DNA of 64,000 nt from Squalus acanthias. Lineage: Eukaryota. Under the pieces are notes generated by a model, which saw nothing but the letters and a program-made list of their open reading frames with translations, did not search any database and was not told the DNA's origin. A program made the translations under genes and the position numbers. Position 1 is the first letter of the stretch, and each line of letters starts with the position of its first letter. Location: positions 15,066,001-15,130,000 of the forward strand of contig CM059449.1 in the NCBI GenBank assembly GCA_030390025.1, read 5' to 3'. This document shows positions 13,401 to 25,337 of the stretch, one piece after another.

Positions 13401-16400
13401 CTATTGAGATGAAAGTGTTTCAGTGTTGAATAAAATATTGTAAACTGAATATAGCGTAGAGGCTCAAACCCAGCGCACCAGATGTTGTGCAGTTTCAATG
13501 GAATATAATTCAACCCAGTAAACATTCTACATATAATTAGAATATGACTCCACCTATCAAATATTGTTTCGATAAATAGGATAGATCGCGCCGTCCTAAA
13601 TATTCCTGTACTTTTGAATATATTTCAGCGAGTCAACGATTGAACGATTTAAGTAACAAGCAAGGGAAACAGTCGACCTAATTAACACATCATTATAATG
13701 TTAAAACAATGCATTTAGAACAATTCACACTTAATTAATTCAGGAGCAGTGGATCAGTCAGCATCTGGGAAAGACAGATTAACATTTGGGAGTAACTGTT
13801 CAAGAGCACTTTCCATTGAAGGCAAAGTGCCAGCCCACCGGTTACCCTGTGCTTTCTCTTCCAGGAGCTGAGTGACCTACTTTGCATATCCAGCATTTTC
13901 TGTTACGGCTGCAGATTTCCTCCTTATCTCGACATTGTCAAAGTAGGTGTATTTTTACATGTGTATGGCTGGATGCCCCTATTTTGGAGTCTATTTTAAA
14001 GTTCCTGGGTATATCTTGTGCTTTATTTATTCGTTAATGGGATGTGGGCATAGCTGGCAAGGCCGGCATTTATTGCCCATCCGTGGTTGCCCTTGAGAAG
14101 GTGGTGGTGAGCCGCCTTCTTCAACCGTTGCAGTCAACGTACTCCCACATTGTTTTTCATAGCGGCTTTTTACAACTGAGTGACCATTTTAGAGCACAGT
14201 TAAGAGTCAACCACATCGCTGTGGGTCTGGAGTCACATATAGGCCAGACCAGGTAAGGACGGCAGATTTCCTTCCCTAAGGGGCATTAGTGAACATGATG
14301 GGTTTTCACGACAATCCGATAGTTTCATGTCACCATTACTGATACTAGCTTTTTAGCTCAGATTTATTTAATTAAATTTAAATTCCCTAGTTGTTGTGAT
14401 AGGGTTTGAACTCACGTCGCACTGATCATTAGTCCAGGTCTGAAGGATTGCTAGTCCAGTAACATAACCACTATGCTACCAATCCCTATATATGCGTGTG
14501 CATGCACCTGCTGATTTGTGAGTGGCTATATGTATTTGCGAGTGTCTGTGAGAGCGTGTCTTCCTGTGTGTGCAGGTGTTTGAATTCTGGGACTGTCAGG
14601 TTTCATTTCATGCCTTTCCTGGTTGGCTTTCTGTTGAATTATAATGAATATTCTAGCCCCGGCTCTATTCAATTTCGATTTTCAAATTGCCGCGCCTGTG
14701 CGTAAAACAGGCATTTGGGATGGGCCGCACCTGTGCTTTACGCCTGTGTGGCAAGTTGAGAATCTACCCCACATCTCCAAAAAGAAAAGTTGAGGCCATC
14801 CGACCTCGTTTCATCTTTAGATTTTTACATCATGTGAGAGAACATTTTACATGATAATCTACCTGGAAAAGTAAACAGGAAGTCAGTAGGTTTAAAATAA
14901 CAAAAATAGCCCAAGTAATTTTGCTACATACCCGATTTGTTCTTCTGCACTCAGAGCTTTCATAATTCCTCTCTACAGAAAAAAGAAAAAGAGGAAGACT
15001 TGCATTTATATAGCGCCTTTCACCACCTCAGGACGTCCCTAAGCGCTTCACAGCCATTCAAGTACTTTTTGAAGTGTAGTCGCCGTTGTAATGTAGGAAA
15101 CGCGGCAGCCAATTTGCGCACAGCAAGTTCCCACAATCAACAATCTGACAATGGCCAAATAAACTGTTTCAGTGATGTTGATTGAGGGACAAACATTGGC
15201 CGGGACACCGGGGAGAGCTCCCCTGCTCTTCTTCAAAATAGTGCCAAGGTATCGTTTACGTTCAGCTGAGAGAGCAGACGGAGCCTCGGTTTACTGTCTC
15301 ATCTAAAAGACGGTATCTCTGACAGTGCAACGCTCCCTCAGTACTGCACTGAGAGTGTCAGCCTAGCTTGTTGTGCTCATGTCTCTGGAGTGGGAATTGA
15401 AACCCACAGCTTTCAATGTTTCAGAGGCGAGGATGTTACCAACTGAGCCACGGAAAATGACCCTGCCTAATTTAATTTATTTGAACATTGTATACAATAC
15501 AATACAACATATTGTCCCATAGATATAGCGTTGTAATGCACTGTGATATAATGCTATAGGATACAACATAACATGGTAGAAAACAGGAGAACGCAATAAA
15601 ATAAAGTATACAGTAGGATTTACCGTACTGCATAACAATAAAAGGATACAATTAGTATGGTTCAATATATAATACGCTACCATGCAATATAAAACAGCAT
15701 AAAGTTCTTCTGTCCGATATCAACGGTGTTCATGTCAGATTCCTAGGCCCACTATTTTAACTGTTTACTTTAAACTAATGCAAAAAGCAATTTAACATGA
15801 GCGCGCCAAGCCCTCGTACGAGAATAGGTTGATGTCCAGGCTAATCTACTATAATATATGATATATAATACAGCACAACATTGAAACGTACTTTTAAATA
15901 TCATGTAATAATTCATCTCAAAAAAATCAGCGTGTGGTAAGAAAATATCATAAAATATTATTTTATCCATAAACCTTAACACTTCCAATTGACTTTGTGG
16001 CCAATATGTGTAACATGTGTCACTCAATAGCCGTTCGGGAAACAAGAGTTATTGAATCATAGAATCAGACAGCACAGAAGGAGGCCATTCGGCCCAACCT
16101 GCATGTGCCGGCTCTCTGAAAGAGCTATTAATTAATCCCACTACCCCCTGCTCTTTCCCCATAGCCCTGAAAAAGTTCCCTTTTTAAGCATTTATCCAAT
16201 TCCCCTTTGAAAGATATTATTGACTCTGCTTCCACCATCCTTTCAGGCAGCGCATTCCAGATCACAACAACTCACTGAGTAAATAAAAATTCTCCTAATT
16301 TACCCTTCGCATTTTTCTCCCCAGTATCTTAAATCTGTGACCTCTGGTTGCCGACAGAATAATCAGACAGATCAATACTGAACTCTTGGTCAACGGATTA

Positions 16401-19400
16401 TACCTGATAGAACAGAAAATTAACCATATTATCAATTAAAATCAAATTAAATCGGAGCAGTAAGCGTTCGGAGTTTATTAAAAGTGACAGGTTGTTCACG
16501 TTTCATTCTGTCACCCACCTGATTCATGGATCTGTGCGTAGAACGGATCTGGACTGAAGCAAAAGAGGACATCAGAAAATTTAGGCATCCAAAACAATAA
16601 AATACATTAAAGAAAAAGAAAGTGGCTTTCTTTTTTAAAAGTAGTAGATCGATGTAAACAGTTACCTGGTGGGTTGCTGAAGAGCGACTGTGAGGAGAGA
16701 AAGACAAAGACAGAAAAATTAAAGAGCTGAAGTTATTGATTATATCTGCAAGAAGCAACTGAAATAATTGGTATCGAATGAAGTGAATCACATTTTGGGG
16801 GCAATTTTAACTAAACCCGCGGAGAAACGGATGGGATCGGGTGCAACGTTGTGAAGTCAAATGAGACCAATATTGGGCGGGTCTAAACCCGGCGTTCCAG
16901 CCGATCCCCTGCGTTTCCCGCCCGGTGAGTTCCGATCAAATTAGCAGAGAATTTGCCAACCACATGGAATTCAGTAGAGATACAATTAGTGCTGTTACCT
17001 CTCTTACGATGCCGGCTGATAACAACTGTGATTATGACGATGATCAGGAGAGGCACCGCTACCGCTGTATAGACGAGTGGTGGGATCATTGGTGCGGACT
17101 CGCCGTGGCTGCTCTCTCCACCACCTGTGTGTAAATGTAAAGTTTCTTTTGTGAGACAGAGCAGTCAAGAGCAGGGCAATGGTCACATTGAGATTGAGGA
17201 TCAACAAATGTGACACAGATTCCCAATTCCCTTTGACATGCGGAGCTATTTCACACTGGCATACATCAAACTAGGCCACGGATCAAAACGCAAAATGTCA
17301 CCAGTGGGCAACTCGGGTTATTACCAACCTGGAAGTAACACTGGGGAGAATTTTAATGTAGGGACGCTTAATGGGTTGGTGCCAGTTTCCTTTCTTTTAA
17401 ATAGCGGGGGGTGGGGGTGGGGATCGTGTGAGTTCTGTTAACATAGGAACATAGGAACAGGAGGAGGCCATTCATCCCCTCTAGCCTTTTCCACCATTCA
17501 ATGAGATCATGGCTGCTCTGCGACCTAACTCCGTATACCCGCCTTTTGCCCCATATCTCTTAAGACCTTTGGTTAACAAAACTCTGTCAATCTCCGATTT
17601 AAATTTAACAATTGATCTAGCATCAGATGTCGTTTGCGGAAGAGAGTTCCAAACTTTTACCACCCTTTGTGTGTAGAAGTGTTTCCTAATTTCAGTCCTG
17701 AAAGGTCTGGCTCTAATTTCTACACCATGCCCCCTAGTCCTAAACCCCCCAATCAGCTGAAGTAATTTCTCTCTATCTACCATCTCTGTTCCTCTTACTA
17801 TCTCGAGAGTGTCGCTTCTCCCGCCCAGTTTTCTAGAATTCACTAGACCCTGGAGATCCAATAGTTCCAGAGCACGAACGAGAAAATCTTCCCCTCGTAT
17901 TTTCGGGATGCTTAAGACAAAACGAACATCTGGAAATTAGATGTGCCGACACTGGGTGATCAACGTGGATCTTCCGCGGCCCCAATATTTGCATTTTGTT
18001 GGCGCGCAATGTTGTAATTTAAATTTACACACACAACTATATCCGTCAGTACCTCCATTTACAGGATGACAGTGAAATCGAACTTATCATACATGTCTTG
18101 TCCGGTTTATTCCCAATATTGGAACGCGGTGATTTCAAGGCTCACCTGTTGCTCTCATTACGGGGCTCAGTCTTCGCCTCGCACATTGTAACTGGGTTGA
18201 CTACTTATCTATAGTCCTACCTAAAATTGTATACAGCAACTTATTGTAATTAATATCCCCTCCATTTATTTATTTTATAAGATCATTCTCGGGATACGGG
18301 CGACGCTGGCGAGGCGGTCATGTTATTGTCCATCTCTGGTTGACCCCTTGAGAAGGTGGTTTTGGGCCGCCTTATTCTTGAACCGCTGCAGTTCAGTGTG
18401 GTGAAGGTTCTCCCGCAGTGCTGTTAGGGAGGCAGTTCCAGGATTTTGGAAGGAACAGCGATACAAGTTCAAGTCAGGATGGTGTGTGACTTGGCGCCTA
18501 CTGCCCTTGACCTTCTAGGTGGTGGATTCGCGGGTTTGGGAGTTCCAATTGATCTGATGGAGAATTTACCTATACGGCCAGTATTACGCCCTAGAAAAAT
18601 CCCATATGATTGCGAACAATTTCATTGTTAAGAATATCCCCAACAATCCAAACTTACTGTATTGACGCCGTTCCACGGTCACTCTTGTTCCGGGTCCGTC
18701 TGCTGCAGCGAATCCCACGAGCTGCACTTTGCAGAAATAGAACCCAGCATCTTCCGGTTTCAATTGGATTATTCTAATGGACGCGTTTCCCCTCTGGCTG
18801 AAATCCTCTTTACTTGCCCCGAACACCCTGCCTCTGTATTCCGCTGTATTGTTGGAAACTTCATTTCCCTGTTTGGTGCCTCGGTGCCAGGTGTAGCTGC
18901 CGATTGCTGTGGAACCCTCATATCTACAGAGCAGGTCCGCTGTCTGTCCCGCGGGTCTGGTGAGAGCTTGCGGGCTCTGAATTACGGTGATTTTTCCAAC
19001 AGTAACTGCTGTAAGTGGGTAAAACAGACTATTTATAAATATACAGGGCACTCCTTTGCTTTAAAGCACGCCGTGGAAGGGCTGGTTTTAAGCAAATATT
19101 GGTTCGGATGATTTTTGTTAAAGTATTCATGATCTTTAACTTGAGGGAATAAAAACAGAAAACACTGGAAGCGGTCAGCAGGCCAGGCAGCATCTGTGGA
19201 GAGAGGAATAGAGTCAACGTTTAAGGCCGATGACTTTTCGTCAGAACTGGAAAAAGTTGGAGATGTAACAGGTCTTAAGCAAATGTAGGGGCAGGGGAAA
19301 GGGGGGAAGGGAGGAAGAACAAAAGGGAAGGTCTGTGATAGAGTGGAAGGCAGGGGAGATTAAATGACAAAAGGGATGATGGTACAAGTAAAAAGGAGAT

Positions 19401-22400
19401 GGTAATGGGACAAGTAAAGGAACAAAAGATGGGTCTAGAAGAGGATTAAATTGTTAACTTGAGGGATATTGGTGCTGGAACTGGAGCGCCTTTGATTTTT
19501 GGGCGCACTCCTCGGTCAAGTATAGAATGGATCTGGTACAAAGTACCTCTGTCCCGTTCCAAATAATAAGCATTCACTTTAATTTCAGTTCTCCCGATAT
19601 GCTTTCTGTGCTGCCCGCCGCTCTCATTAACACTTTGAGCGAGAGTGTGAAATGGGTAATCTCGAATTAAACGCCTTGCCCGATGTTCTCTTCCATTTGG
19701 GGGCCATTTTAACTTCGGGTGCTAAATAGGTGAGGTCGGGTCGGCTGCCTGAAATTAAAATCGGGGCAGGTGTACAACGGGCGGCTGATCCGATGTCGCC
19801 CGTTTCAGTCGGTCGCACAAAGTCCAAATCACCCCCAGGAAGTGAGGGGAAGTTTAATCTTATTAGTCTGATCAGAATGGAAGTCAGATAGGTGCCAAAC
19901 CCCAGCGACCTTCTCTCTATTAATCAGCGGTGACTGGAGAATATGGGAAATACAAACAGAATATTAATAGTCAAAATAATGAAACGGGATAAATGTTACA
20001 TGTAGCGACATTACAAATTGGATGAAATATTTCCCACTTTGGGTATATCTTGTAAAACCGCCAATACCTCTTTACAAATTGTTTATGATTTTGCTACATC
20101 TACGGATCGGAGAAAATAGTCAATGCATTTGCAACCACGTTCCGCGCAGCAAGCAGCGCAACTCTTGCCCTGTGCTGATAACTAGAGGAATGTTGTATCC
20201 AGTTAAACTGTTAGTAATAATATGAGTTGAACATATCTCTTTCTCTCTCACACACACACGCGATTGGAACCCATTTCTCTCTCTCTCTCTCTTTTCCTAT
20301 TCCTATCCATCACTTCTTGATTTAACTCGTCTACCCTCCCACTATTTCCAACCTTGATGCTGTCCACCCACGTAACTGAAGTTCCTTATCCCCGAACCAT
20401 TCTCGTAAATCTTTTCTGCATCCTCTCTAAGGCCTTCACATCCTTCCTAATGTGTGGTGCCCAGAATTGGGCAAAATACTCCAGTTGAGGCCAACCCAGA
20501 GTTTTATAATGTATCATCATAACTGCCATGCTTTGTACTCTATGCCTCTATTTATAAACCCCAGTATCCCATATTCTTTGTTAACCGCTTTCCCAATCTT
20601 GTGCACATATAACCCCAGGTCTCTCTGTTCAGGCACCCACTTTAGGATCGTAACCTTTAATTTATTTTGCCTCTCCTCGTTCTTCCTCCCGAAATGTATC
20701 ACTTCGCACTTTCCTACGTTAAATTTCATCTGCCACGAGTGGTGAAGCTCCAATTAACGTATCTTCCACTATCATTAATTGATGTTACTGGGTGTCCTTT
20801 TTTGTTCGAATAATTTCGGATCAATGTATCCGTACATGAAATACAGCAATCTGTCAATTAACGTTGTACAATTATTATGAATTGAGCCCAGATAGATCGG
20901 TCACTGCGGGGAAGGATCTCATTTCCAAGGGTCACACTTTAGACGTTAACTAGTTAGCTGTAAGAAGGGAACTTAGGCGGAAACTGTTCCCCTATAGAGT
21001 AAAAGATTTCTGGAACAAGTTACTGGAGACGGCAGTGGGAGTGGGCAGTACAAACAGATTCAAGAGACAACATGTGTGTTTTTAGAAAAAAAGTAGCCTT
21101 GACCTGTCAAACAGGGACAGGTTTTTTTTTGACATAATGATCTCATGTGTCTCACAATTTACAAGCTATTATGAAGAATTTAAATGCTGATTGATCCAGC
21201 AATCATTGAGCTACAAACCGGTATTCAGCTGTCATTACATTGGGTCCTTTTCCCGTTTCTCAACGCAACCTTGGGAAATTGCACTCCATAATCAGATTGA
21301 ACAGAGGTATACATTCGGAACCTTTATGGTGCCAAAATTAGAGGCAATTGTCACTTTATAAAGGTGGATCTGTTGTAGAAGGCGGCTCACCACCACCTTC
21401 TCAATGGTAACTTAGGATGGGCAATAAATGCTGGGCGACGCCCACATATCAGGAACGTATTAAAAATATAGAAGGCATGTTTCCTTTTATATGGTGCGGG
21501 GATAAAACCGCACAGTGCTCTGGTCAGGTGGCATCTTGAGTATTGTGTTTAGTTCTGGTCACTCAGGCTCAAGGGAGACATGTAAGACCCGGAGGAGAAG
21601 TGAACGCTAGCCTGTTCCCTCGTGTTCTAGTGCGAGGTTATGAGAGAAAAAAAAGACTAGAAAAGCTCGGACTCATTAACTTTGTAAAAAGGGACGAACA
21701 TAGCTGCCTTAACAGAGATATGTAAGGTGCCAAGCATGAAAATCAAGGGATAATGCGAAGTACTATTTTGAGATAACCCACACCTTCAGGTGGTGGGTTG
21801 GGCTTTGGGGGAGTAGCCTGAAGCTCGTGTAATCCTATTATTAAAGCACCGCGCCTTGAATAGTCAGATTCTAGTTAGATATATGGCACTTTCAGGATAT
21901 TAATTGTCGACCAATTGTTCTGGATGTACTTTGAAAGTGATATTGACACACGGACACAATTCAGTACACCGAACTGAAATCTCTTAGTACAGCACATGTA
22001 CAGCCATTCCAATGCCAAAATATTGGTAAATTCTTAAAACGAACTCTGATCTTTTTTACTCACTGTCAGTTATTATAAGTTGTGTTCCTGTCCCGCTTGC
22101 TTTCCCAACCGCCACAATTTCCACCTCGCAGTAATAAATATCTGAGTCCATTTTCGTTAAATTGATGATTTCAAGGAAAGCCATTCTTTCGGCAAATAAT
22201 TTCGCCCCTGACTTCGTTATCCGGCTCTGATAGAAACGATCCCGAACCGACACTTCCGTGTTTTGTGAGGCCCGACGCCAAACAACTCCTCCGGCAGTAC
22301 CATTCGCTTCAAAAGTGCAGTTCAGCTGCACCGATCCTCCTTCTGTTGCATTAATGGCATCTGGGGACTGGAACACTCTGATTCCACTCATCAACCCATT

Positions 22401-25337
22401 GTCTGGAGTATAAATGAAACAATGCAATCTGTCAATAGCTACCTACAGATTTACGGACCAGTAGAGAATCATAGAATGGTTACAGCACAGAAGGAGGCCA
22501 TTCGGCCCGTCGAGCCCGTGCCGGCTCTCTGCAAGAGCACTTCAGCTAGTCCCACTCCCCCGCCCTTTCCCCTTAGCCCTGCATTTTTTTCCTTCAGGTA
22601 CTTATCCAACTCCCTTTTGAAAGCCACGATTGAGTCTGCCTCCACCAACCTTTCAGGCAGTGCATTCCAGGTCCTAACCACTCGCTGCGTAAAAAGGTTT
22701 TTCTCATGTCGCCTTTGGTTCTTTTGCCAATCGCCTTAAATCTGTGTCCTCTAGTTCTCAACCCTTCCACCAATGGGAACAGTTTCTCTCTATCTACTCT
22801 GTCTAGACCTCTCATGATTTTGAACACCTCTGTCATATCTCTTCTCAACCTTCTCTGCTCTAAGGAGAACAACTCCGACTTCTCTAGTCTATCCTCGTAA
22901 CTGAAGTTCCTCATCCCTGAATCATTCTCGTAAATATTTTCTTCCCCATCTCTGAGGCCTTCACATCGTTCCTAAAGTGCGGTGCCCAGAATTGGACACA
23001 ATACTCCAGTTGAAGCCGAACCAGTGTTTTGTAAAGGTTCATCATAACTGCCTTGCTTTCGTACTCTATGACTCTATTTATGAAGCCCACTATCCTGTAA
23101 GCTTTGTTCACCGCTTTCTCAACCTGCCCTGCCACCTACAATGATTTGTGCACATATACCCCCAGGTCTCTCTGTTCATGCACCCACTTAATGATCGTAC
23201 CCATTAGTTTATTTTGCCTCTCCTCGTTCTTCCCACCAAAATGTATCACTTCGCACTTTCCTGCGTTGAATGTCATCTGCCACGAGGGGTGAAGCTTAAA
23301 TTAAAGTATCTTCCACTATCACTAACTGATGTTACTGGGTGTCCATTTTTGTTAGAATGAGTTCGGATCAATTTATCCGTACATGAAATACCGCAACCTG
23401 TCAATTAACGTTGTACAATTATTATGAAATGAGCCCAGATAGATCGGTCACTGTGGGGAAGGATGTAATTTCCAAGGGTCATACTTTACACGTTAACTAG
23501 TTAGCAGTAAGAAGGGAAGTCAGGCGGAAACTGTTCGCCTTTCGAGGAAGAGATTTGTGGAACAAGTTGCTGGAGACGGCCGTGGGAGTGGGCAGTACAA
23601 ATAGATTGAAGAGACATACTGGCCCAAAAATTCGTGAGGAAGCCTTCGTGCGAGGGTAAGGCCTCCCCGCGATCTCTCACTCTGCGTTGGCTTTTTCAGT
23701 TCCAGCTCGCACGAACTTGATGTTCTGGACAGCTGCTGTGCTGGGCTTGCGTATCCCACCGGCGTAGTTAATTCGTGCGAGCTGTGGGATCACGTGACTC
23801 AGTTAGAGGCCAATGGAAGCACACCATCTTCCATTCATAACTTTCACATAAGTGCTGTGAAAGTTATGAATACTATAGCCCCCCAAAAGAACCGCTAAAC
23901 CTCAATTAAATTAAAAAAACATCACATTAATAAAATAAGTATAGTTAAATAAATTAACCATTTTAAATAAAAAATTAAATCTTTGAAAAAATTTAAAATC
24001 TTTTAAAAAGTTATAAAAATAAACTTACCTGTCTTTAAAGTCTCTAAAAAAGATATACCTGTTAAAAAAAATTCAAAATAATACTTAATTCACTACTTAC
24101 CTTGTTAAAAGTGGGTCTTACTCCTCCTTTTTTATGTGTAGAATCTTCCGTACTTACCTGCGCGTTGAAACCACTAATTGCACAGCGTGCGCGCAGCCTG
24201 TAGCGCGCACGCGGTTCACCTAGGACCCGCCCCCTTTTCCATTCACCAAGTGCCGGTTTTTAGCGCATGCGCAGTGCATGCAGAAAACCGGCAATTGGAG
24301 ACAGAATAGGCGAGAGTACGCAGTGCGGACTCTCGCGTAGCGGCACAAATTTTTGGGCCAATGTGTGTTTCTGGAGAAAGAAGCATTGATCTGTCAATCA
24401 GGGACTGGGTATTTGTGGACACAATGATCTCTTGTGTCCCAGAATTTACAAGCTATTATGAAGAATTTAAAATGCTGATTGATCCATCAATCATTGAGCT
24501 ACAAACCGGTATTCAGCTGTCATTACATTGGGTCCTTTTCCAGTTTCTCAACGCAACTTTGGGAAATTAAAGTCCATAATCGATTCAACAGCTTTTTACA
24601 TTCAGAACCTTTATGGTGCAAAAATTAGAGGCAATTGTCACTTTATAAAGGCGGTTCTGCTGTATTTCCACGCACTTGGTTTTCTTTGCAAAACTATTGA
24701 CATAATATAATCACCACTTCCCAACGCAGTTCTATTTCACCGTCCTACTAGGGGAAGATTTCACTTCTGTCATCTTTAATCATTTAAGACGGAAACCTGT
24801 CCTTTATAGTCTGTTAATTGTAAGTATGAAAACTTTGGAAATGTGTTGAATATGAATCGTTTGCTAATGGAATAAATTGTGTCGAACGCAAAGACGTTGA
24901 ATTGTCGAGTAGAAGGTATAATGTCAGATAATTCCACGTGTAACACAGTCGGTTAGGAGTCCGTGAGGTAATTTATTTCCATAAGTACATTTTAGTAGGC
25001 CCTATTAATATGTTAATTTTTAATGCAAATTCACAGCATCTGCATGGAGGAGAACGTTAATGTGTATAATATATATATGTAAAGTTCCCCGAAAGATAAA
25101 ATACCGTTGAAATGGTGGATTCAACGCAAAGTAACACAGCGAAATAAAATAATTTATTTTACACACTGTAACTTCGTTATATATTAGGTCTGCATAAGGA
25201 AACAACCTGCCCAACCAAGTAACCGATAGTCTTAATAAATATAGAATTAAAATGTGAACATCAGAAGATAGCGACTCACCGACATGCAAAAGTATGGTCA
25301 GTAAATTGAAGAACATCCACATGTGAATAGTTTGCAT
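13296..25337 (-). CDS. Gene A: NKp30/NCR3-like two-V-domain Ig-superfamily inhibitory receptor (8 exons, 358 aa predicted)
   Basis: Exons 25337-25280, 22402-22064, 19008-18658, 17124-16999, 16687-16666, 16553-16519, 14972-14932 and 13400-13296 all have AG/GT boundaries and compatible phases. They sum to 1077 nt with no internal stop. Domain order: leader, two V domains, TM, tail with LQYATV and VLYASV. Confidence 0.75.
14932..14972 (-). CDS. Gene A cytoplasmic exon 3 (ERNYESSECRRTNR)
   Basis: ttttctgtAG...CGG|GTATGT; phase 1-0 bridges exon 2 to the last exon. The paralogue in B differs in length by an in-frame 3-nt indel. Confidence 0.6.
14994..15453 (-). mobile_element. Deu-type SINE (paralogous copy 36943-37405, plus)
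   Basis: Same family as 27431-27899. Confidence 0.75.
16519..16553 (-). CDS. Gene A cytoplasmic exon 2 (SPDPFYAQIHES)
   Basis: cttttgcttcAG...AG|GTGGGT; 35 nt; phase 2-1 fits its neighbours; carries a YxxI motif. Confidence 0.7.
16666..16687 (-). CDS. Gene A cytoplasmic micro-exon 1 (VALQQPT)
   Basis: Long pyrimidine tract plus cacAG, 22 nt, AG|GTAAC; identical exon sequence in gene C (58826-58805). Confidence 0.7.
16999..17124 (-). CDS. Gene A stalk/transmembrane exon
   Basis: GGESSHGESAPMIPPLVYTAVAVPLLIIVIITVVISRHRKR: hydrophobic span without a charged residue, then a basic stop-transfer. acacAG...G|GTAAC; 126 nt; conserved in gene C. Confidence 0.85.
18658..19008 (-). CDS. Gene A V2 exon, NKp30-like VJ-type Ig V domain
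   Basis: AIGSYTWHR / GNEVSNNTAEYRGRV / DAGFYFCKVQLVG...GPGTRVTVE closely parallel human NKp30 AIGSVTWFR / GKEVRNGTPEFRGRL / DASIYVCRVEVLG...GNGTRLVVE (recalled from memory). Tandem acceptor ttacAGCAG, donor GTAAGT; 351 nt, phase 1-1. Confidence 0.92.
19149..19453 (-). mobile_element. Penelope-like terminal fragment with 13-bp TSD
   Basis: TTAACTTGAGGGA at 19136-19148 and 19454-19466; hammerhead core present but GAAA is mutated to TAAA. Confidence 0.7.
20370..21378. repeat. Direct duplication of gene A intron-1 segment (partner about 22900-24665)
   Basis: Shared CR1/unique junction (tcatctgccacgag.ggtgaagct) followed by about 640 nt of collinear non-CR1 sequence. Confidence 0.85.
22064..22402 (-). 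CDS. Gene A V1 exon, NKp30-like VJ-type Ig V domain
   Basis: Motifs QLNC...VVWRR...SRI...DSDIYYCEVEIV...GTGTQLII; acceptor tactccAG, donor GTGAGT; 339 nt, phase 1-1. Confidence 0.9.
22465..23280 (-). mobile_element. CR1 3' fragment
   Basis: LEYCVQFWAP, LEQRRLR, WNALP; (ATTCT)-type tail. Confidence 0.85.
23620..24360. mobile_element. MITE / non-autonomous DNA transposon (possibly PIF/Harbinger-like)
   Basis: 17-bp TIRs TGGCCCAAAAATTCGTG / CACAAATTTTTGGGCCA (1 mismatch); absent from the duplicate copy near 21070. Confidence 0.75.
25280..25337 (-). CDS. Gene A exon 1, signal peptide MQTIHMWMFFNLLTILLHV
   Basis: ATG, hydrophobic stretch and phase-1 donor G|GTGAGT; joins in frame to DNGLMSG-IRVFQSP of the V1 exon. 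Confidence 0.75.

Larger units (their letters stand above)
10862..20365. repeat. Left arm of large inverted segmental duplication (partner 30056-47112)
   Basis: Unique and repeat sequence is collinear in reverse complement, e.g. the 12211-12489(-) and 39850-40191(+) translations match, and 11081-11250 matches 41230-41305 plus 46864-46900. Confidence 0.9.

Noticed and set aside
14840-14872. Alternative terminal exon VDYHVKCSLT* after acceptor ttttccAG
   Set aside because: It would need an intron of only about 60 nt, and the reading frame is not preserved in the B copy.
18584-22427. V exons as rearranging Ig/TCR/IgNAR V segments
   Set aside because: Each V exon includes its own G strand (GxGT) and ends at a splice donor. 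No heptamer/nonamer RSS follows, and no C-domain exons were seen.
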